NCBI GenBank assembly: GCA_040386275.1
Contig: JAZKFU010000005.1
Coordinates: 7,378-71,377 of the forward strand
Length of the DNA: 64,000 bases
Direction: 5' to 3'
Origin: Patescibacteria group bacterium
Lineage (GTDB): Bacteria > Patescibacteriota > Minisyncoccia > Phycocordibacterales > UBA918
Shown here: positions 59,651 through 64,000 of the stretch, in pieces
Layout of the letters: every line of letters begins with the position of its first letter
How positions within the stretch are numbered: position 1 is the first letter of the stretch
Translations under genes and position numbers: made by a program
Notes under the pieces: model-generated
Database searches by the model: none
The model's input: the letters and a program-made list of their open reading frames with translations, nothing else
Told to the model about the DNA's origin: nothing

Positions 59651-61123
59651 TTATCCAACCTTATGTTCTTTGGCGATTTTTCGTAACGCGGCCGCTTCTT
59701 CCTCGGCTTGTTTCTTCTTGCCTGCTTCCGCTAAGGTGATTAACGCTGCTTCAGTGAGCGCATTAAGCTCTAAAACCCTTGATTCTAAATACTTGGAGGT
59801 GTTTTTCCCCGACTCTACTAACACCTCTTCCATTAAGGTATTCAGTATATATCCCAGCTTTTTCCCCGGTTTTTCCCCCGTTAATTCCATAATCTTTTCG
59901 CCGTTAATCTTGAGCATTTTAACCGAAATGGGGTCTCGCAAGGCTTCATCAACCATGGCTTTGTATTTTCGAAACCGAAATGGCTGTTCTTTTGGTCTGC
60001 CGGTTCCAATCCGGTCGCAAACCCTAAGATTGAGGAGGTTTTCAATGTTATCTTCTCCGATTCGAACGATGGTTCGTCGCACCGCCGCTAGAGTTATTTG
60101 CTCAGGATCGCTAAAAAACATGTGCCAACGAACCAATTTCTCTACGGCTTCAATAGTTTCGCGGGACATTTTGAGCCGCTGTAGTATCTTTTTGGTCATT
60201 CGCGCCCCCACTACTTCATGGCCAAAAAAAGTGTAGTGTTTGTTTTTACCTCCCGTACCACGGGTAGCTGGTTTCCCAATATCATGTAAAAGTGCCGCCA
60301 GACGGAGGTTGGTACCATATTCCTTGTCGGCTGCGGCTTGCAGGGTTCGCAGGGAATGTTCATAGACATCATACGCATGAATACCACCCTGTTCACAGCC
60401 AATTGCGGGTATGAGTTCAGGCAGGATGTATGGTAATAGGTTGAGCTTTTCGAGTAAGGCAATTCCTTGCATTGGCGCTGTCGAGTTAATAAGTTTTACA
60501 AATTCACTACTTACCCGTTCAATTGCAATTTTCTCTAAAAGTGACGATTTAGCTATAATTCCAGCCATAGTCTCGCTCTCAATCATAAAATTAAGTTCCG
60601 CAGCCAGGCGTACCGCGCGCATTAATCGTAACGCATCCTCCCCGAATCGCTCTGAAGGAACGCCGACGGTTTTAATCCTTTTCTTACGGATATCCTCCAC
60701 CCCTTCATATAAATCAACCGTCTCGCTGGTTTTTAAGCGGTACGCAATAGCGTTAATGGTAAAATCTCGTCTCGCTAAATCTTCAGCTAAACTAACCCCA
60801 AACGCCACACTATCGGGTCGCCGTGCGTCACTATAGGAACCCTCGCTCCGGTAGGGGGTGACTTCAACCACTTTAAGTTTAGTATCTTCCGTTTCCTCGT
60901 TTTTAACCCCAACGGTCCCATAGTCATTATTACAAAAACTTTCAGGAAATAGAGCCATTATCTGGTCTGGATGAGCGTTGGTGGTAATATCCCAATCCTT
61001 TGGTACTCTTCCCGTCACTAAATCCCGCACACATCCTCCTACCAAATAGGCTTCGTACCCCGCCGCTTCTAATGTTTCAGAAATAGTTCGGACTTCAAGC
61101 GGTATCGATAGATGGTTAATCAT
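59651..61123 (-). CDS. cca: CCA-adding tRNA nucleotidyltransferase with HD domain
   Basis: LVGGCVRDLVTGRVPKDWDITT polymerase beta head, HD domain LHDIGK, 490 aa. Confidence 0.9.
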   Translation of the reverse strand: MINHLSIPLEVRTISETLEAAGYEAYLVGGCVRDLVTGRVPKDWDITTNAHPDQIMALFPESFCNNDYGTVGVKNEETEDTKLKVVEVTPYRSEGSYSDARRPDSVAFGVSLAEDLARRDFTINAIAYRLKTSETVDLYEGVEDIRKKRIKTVGVPSERFGEDALRLMRAVRLAAELNFMIESETMAGIIAKSSLLEKIAIERVSSEFVKLINSTAPMQGIALLEKLNLLPYILPELIPAIGCEQGGIHAYDVYEHSLRTLQAAADKEYGTNLRLAALLHDIGKPATRGTGGKNKHYTFFGHEVVGARMTKKILQRLKMSRETIEAVEKLVRWHMFFSDPEQITLAAVRRTIVRIGEDNIENLLNLRVCDRIGTGRPKEQPFRFRKYKAMVDEALRDPISVKMLKINGEKIMELTGEKPGKKLGYILNTLMEEVLVESGKNTSKYLESRVLELNALTEAALITLAEAGKKKQAEEEAAALRKIAKEHKVG

Positions 61124-61210
61124 TACTCAGTATTGTAGCAGACCAACATTGCTTTTTCTTGTCTAGACGCGTATTATTTCGAAACTGCAGAAAGCAATGA
61201 CTGCCGTATT

Positions 61211-61285
61211 GCACCCGTAGTGAAGTGGATATCATTACTGACTTCGGATCAGTCGTCGGGGGTTCGAGTCCCTCCGGGTGCACCA
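61211..61285 (+). tRNA. tRNA-Arg (anticodon TCG), CCA encoded
   Basis: Manual cloverleaf: acceptor GCACCCG/CGGGTGC, D arm GTGA/TCAT, anticodon stem ACTGA/TCAGT loop CTTCGGA, T arm GGGGG-TTCGAGT-CCCTC, discriminator A, CCA. Confidence 0.8.
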
Positions 61286-61293
61286 GTGAAAAT

Positions 61294-61335
61294 CAAAACC
61301 ACCCCTTAAAATAAGGGGTGGTTTTGATTTAGTAA
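61294..61335. terminator. Terminator AAATCAAAACCACCCCTT-aaaata-AGGGGTGGTTTTGATTT
   Basis: 18-bp perfect inverted repeat right after the tRNA. Confidence 0.75.
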
Positions 61336-61463
61336 ACAACTGAGGTTGTTTGCGGCACTGGCGCACCCGGAGGGCGTAGCTTTTCTTTGAAAAGCGTATA
61401 CGCGACTCGAAGAGGTTGCCAGCTATTTTGAAAAAAGAGCACAACCTGTACTGAACTCGTAGA

Positions 61464-61478
61464 GTTCGAGTCCCTCCG
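61464..61478 (+). repeat. 15-nt direct copy of tRNA-Arg T-arm/acceptor (GTTCGAGTCCCTCCG); inverted 12-nt copy at 61372-61383
   Basis: Exact match to 61262-61276; surrounding sequence cannot fold into a tRNA. Confidence 0.55.
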
Positions 61479-61563
61479 ACCCAACAAACCATCACCTTGC
61501 AAACCACTCAATTTTCTATACTCTATATTTAGAAACGTTAATATAACTCCGAAAGGAATCAAA

Positions 61564-61896
61564 ATGAGCTACCTGTGTGTACGTTGCGGTCGTGAAAGAA
61601 TAGAGCACGATACGAATCTTGTTCTCGAAACCGAGGAAGTACTTGCTGAAATCGGAGCTCGCGACGTGGAAACCGGATTCAAGCTAAGCTTGCTCGATTG
61701 TAGCGACAGTCCACGTCCAAACGAGTATGTTACAAAAATGCATGACGAAGGCTACTTTTTTGGGTACGGTGCTGGCTACGTATCCTCCGACCCCGCGGCA
61801 GAAACGAAACTCTACCGCGAGTCACGACCAATGTTCCCTGGACACACAGTAACCATGTTGCTCCTGGGTGGTCGCGTCATGGATATTGGCCTTTAA
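61564..61896 (+). CDS. Hypothetical protein (110 aa), locally higher GC
   Basis: ORF only. Confidence 0.35.
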   Translation: MSYLCVRCGRERIEHDTNLVLETEEVLAEIGARDVETGFKLSLLDCSDSPRPNEYVTKMHDEGYFFGYGAGYVSSDPAAETKLYRESRPMFPGHTVTMLLLGGRVMDIGL

Positions 61897-61959
61897 GTTA
61901 GAAGTATAACCGCCCGGAGTTCCTCTGGGCGGTTTGTTTATATCAAAAAATTTAATCAC

Positions 61960-62526
61960 CTACCTCACCATCTCCTCCATCACCCCAGGATTTTTTGCAT
62001 TACGAGAAATCATTTCCCGACACTCTTCCCCTGCCAAATTACACGCCTTGATTTCCAATCGTCCGTCATCCGTCCATTTCATAACCTCGCCGTATATTTT
62101 TTCTGTAAACATGCCCGTGTCCACGTTGTAGATGTTCACAAAATAATCTTCAAATCCAATTGCTTGCAAGGCTACAAATCTAGCATCGGGCGAAATAAAG
62201 GCTTCTAAATAAGTTTCAATTAATTGAATGTCGGAAACATCTTCCGCGTCGAGTCCTTGAGCAATTACTTTGATGCTGCCGTCAGAAAAAGTAGCTTCTA
62301 CATCGTTATTTACGATAGTTGTTGTTGCAATAAAGAGATTAGACAGGTCGCTTTCAGAAGATTGAGGGTCTGCCATTACTAACTTCCCTACTTCAATTAC
62401 TTTTACAGGTGCCAGTGTGTAGCCAATATACCCCCCGATAAATGGCATAAGTATAAATAGAGTTGCCGCTAAATACTTAGAAAGCGGTGTTACTTGATTG
62501 AGTTGATCAAAATTTTTAATTTCCAT
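61960..62526 (-). CDS. Membrane-anchored hypothetical protein (188 aa)
   Basis: N-terminal TM LAATLFILMPFIGGYIGYTLA. Confidence 0.45.
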   Translation of the reverse strand: MEIKNFDQLNQVTPLSKYLAATLFILMPFIGGYIGYTLAPVKVIEVGKLVMADPQSSESDLSNLFIATTTIVNNDVEATFSDGSIKVIAQGLDAEDVSDIQLIETYLEAFISPDARFVALQAIGFEDYFVNIYNVDTGMFTEKIYGEVMKWTDDGRLEIKACNLAGEECREMISRNAKNPGVMEEMVR

Positions 62527-62606
62527 ATTTAAAATATATCACAGAATACGTTGTTCATATCTTCAAATCGAATAGTCGTACCAGTATATAATATACACAC
62601 TTTGCA

Positions 62607-63281
62607 ATGACAAAAGTTCGCCATTATAAACAAGATGCATACGATCAAGCGCTTGCCTTTCGTCGGCGTGGCTTTACGTATAGTGAAATTGCCAAGATAT
62701 GTAATGTTTCGGTGAGTACGTTAAGTAACTGGCTCGCCGATGAACCCTTTTCCAAGCAAGTAGCGCAAGACAACAATGATAAAGCCATAGCGCAAAACAC
62801 AAAACGATTGGCATTAATTAATAAAGCACGCACTACTGAGCGTAAAGGGCAATATGCTGAAATCACGCGCCTAGCCGAGATTGAATATAAAAACTACCGC
62901 ACCTCCCCACTTTTTATAGCTGGCTTAATGCTCTATATAACTGAAGGTGACGTTACTAACGATCGTCTCATTCGGGTAACTAATCGCCGAACTGAACTCC
63001 ATCGTGTATTCATTCGCTTCCTAACCACCTATTTAGGCGTTCCTAAGGGCTCAATCAGGTTTTGGCTCCTGTTGTATCCTGATCTCGATGAAGTCATGTG
63101 TATGAAGCATTGGTGCAAGAAAACTGGTTTAAGTGCCGGTCAGTTCTATAAAAATCAAGTAATTGAAGGACGAAGCACCAAGCGAACATTGCATTTTGGC
63201 GTTGGTAATACGATTGTGAGTAATACTCTCTTAAAAAAGAAGTTACAACGTTGGACGGAGTTGTTAGCTCGAGATATATAA
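62607..63281 (+). CDS. HTH-domain protein with C-terminal LAGLIDADG-like motif (224 aa), paralog 1
   Basis: N-terminal HTH GFTYSEIAKICNVSVSTLSNWL; motif LFIAGLMLYITEGD; paralogous to 63314-63988. Confidence 0.5.
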   Translation: MTKVRHYKQDAYDQALAFRRRGFTYSEIAKICNVSVSTLSNWLADEPFSKQVAQDNNDKAIAQNTKRLALINKARTTERKGQYAEITRLAEIEYKNYRTSPLFIAGLMLYITEGDVTNDRLIRVTNRRTELHRVFIRFLTTYLGVPKGSIRFWLLLYPDLDEVMCMKHWCKKTGLSAGQFYKNQVIEGRSTKRTLHFGVGNTIVSNTLLKKKLQRWTELLARDI

Positions 63282-63313
63282 ATGAACTACGGTACTATGC
63301 TACAATATGAGTA

Positions 63314-63988
63314 ATGCGAACAGATAAGGAATCAGCTTTTACACTTAGAAAGCAAGGGAAAAGCTATAAATATATTCATAAGGAGCTTGGAATGTCCATG
63401 AGCACTCTTTCCAATTGGTTTAAGGGTGTTGATTTTTCAGAGGATGTAAAGCGTGCTGTAACTGCAGAAGCTCTAACAAAAAGTACTCTACGACTTAAGG
63501 TTTTGAATCAAGCTCGTGGCGATTTGCTACGAGCTCATTATTTCCAAGCTGAAGCTGAAGCTCAGCAAGAGTTAAATGAAAATTTAAGTAATCCCCTTTT
63601 TGTTAGTGCAATAGCAGCATATTGGGGTGAAGGAGATAAATCTACTGGAAGTCTTGTCCGTTTAGCAAATACTGATCCGCAAATGATAAAGCTGTTTGCG
63701 AATTTCCTTTTAAATATATGTGAGGTGCCAAGAGATAAAATACGTTTAGCACTATATCTTTATGAAGATCTAAATGATATTGAATGTAGAAAATATTGGA
63801 CTGATAATACAAATCTGGATCACTTTCATAAGACGATGGTGTTGCCAAGTCGTCATAAAACAAAAAAATTGCCTTACGGAACCTGCACAATACTCGTTGC
63901 TAATACATACCTTAAAAAGAAACTACTGTTTTGGATTGACCAGATGCCCAAAATAGTATTAAATATGATGCCTGACGAGAAAAAATAA
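63314..63988 (+). CDS. HTH-domain protein with C-terminal LAGLIDADG-like motif (224 aa), paralog 2
   Basis: HTH GKSYKYIHKELGMSMSTLSNWF; motif LFVSAIAAYWGEGD; shared ...NTxLKKKLxxW... C-terminus. Confidence 0.5.
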   Translation: MRTDKESAFTLRKQGKSYKYIHKELGMSMSTLSNWFKGVDFSEDVKRAVTAEALTKSTLRLKVLNQARGDLLRAHYFQAEAEAQQELNENLSNPLFVSAIAAYWGEGDKSTGSLVRLANTDPQMIKLFANFLLNICEVPRDKIRLALYLYEDLNDIECRKYWTDNTNLDHFHKTMVLPSRHKTKKLPYGTCTILVANTYLKKKLLFWIDQMPKIVLNMMPDEKK

Positions 63989-64000
63989 TTTTTGCGGCCA

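Noticed and set aside
61440-61495. Possible second tRNA ending ...GTTCGAGTCCCTCCGACCCAACA
   Set aside because: The T-stem 5' strand (TAGAG) cannot pair with CCCTC and no acceptor partner exists upstream, so it is a fragment or att-like repeat, not a functional tRNA.
61235-61562. Minus-strand ORFs 61235-61507 and 61329-61562
   Set aside because: They overlap the tRNA-Arg, its terminator hairpin and tRNA-fragment repeats, so they are non-coding region artefacts.
1-64000. CRISPR arrays / cas genes
   Set aside because: No regularly spaced short direct repeats of 24-48 bp with unique spacers were seen. The repeats found are about 90 nt dispersed intergenic elements.

Overview
This 64 kb window looks like a chromosomal segment spanning the replication origin of a small-genome, low-GC bacterium. 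The compact gene set and pilin/T4SS content suggest a CPR/Patescibacteria-like, possibly Saccharibacteria-like, organism, but that is inference only. Long ORFs are not fragmented by TGA, so I assume standard code 11.

The window contains, in order:
- ruvB, yebC and ruvC, tyrS, a class A PBP, then the origin core: DUF721, dnaN, dnaA, a divergent rpmH-rnpA-yidC, and DnaA boxes between dnaA and rpmH.
- A roughly 12.7 kb minus-strand cluster encoding a type IV secretion-like apparatus. It has a VirB4 ATPase split into two ORFs, a VirB3/PrgI-like protein, a VirB6/TrbL-like polytopic protein, and a VirB2-like pilin fused to a Cys-rich domain, plus several secreted or membrane proteins.
- ksgA, uvrD/pcrA, a LysM-M23 peptidase and a type IV pilin.
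- A roughly 12.4 kb integrated island that splits comM. It carries a large serine recombinase, a resolvase-like fragment, an AAA_25/RepA-like ATPase, a Sau3AI/MutH-family restriction gene interrupted by an in-frame TGA, its m5C methyltransferase, and a GHKL ATPase operon (GHKL ATPase, 247-aa unknown, MazF/PemK-like small protein). The operon is bracketed by repeated GTCCCACA(A/T)TTAG recombinase-site-like motifs. I rate it the best candidate for an undescribed defence or addiction module.
- dksA/traR-like, pnp, an NYN-domain protein, rpsO, an HTH-Panacea (DUF4065) antitoxin-like gene, a membrane-anchored ClpB-like ATPase with a degenerate first ATPase domain, cspA, an ECF sigma/anti-sigma pair, xth, cca, and tRNA-Arg(TCG) followed by fragments of the tRNA 3' end.
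- Two tandem paralogous HTH proteins with a LAGLIDADG-like motif at the right edge.

A family of conserved intergenic repeats, each about 90-250 nt with GTAC-core hairpins, recurs at least four or five times. No CRISPR array or rRNA was seen.
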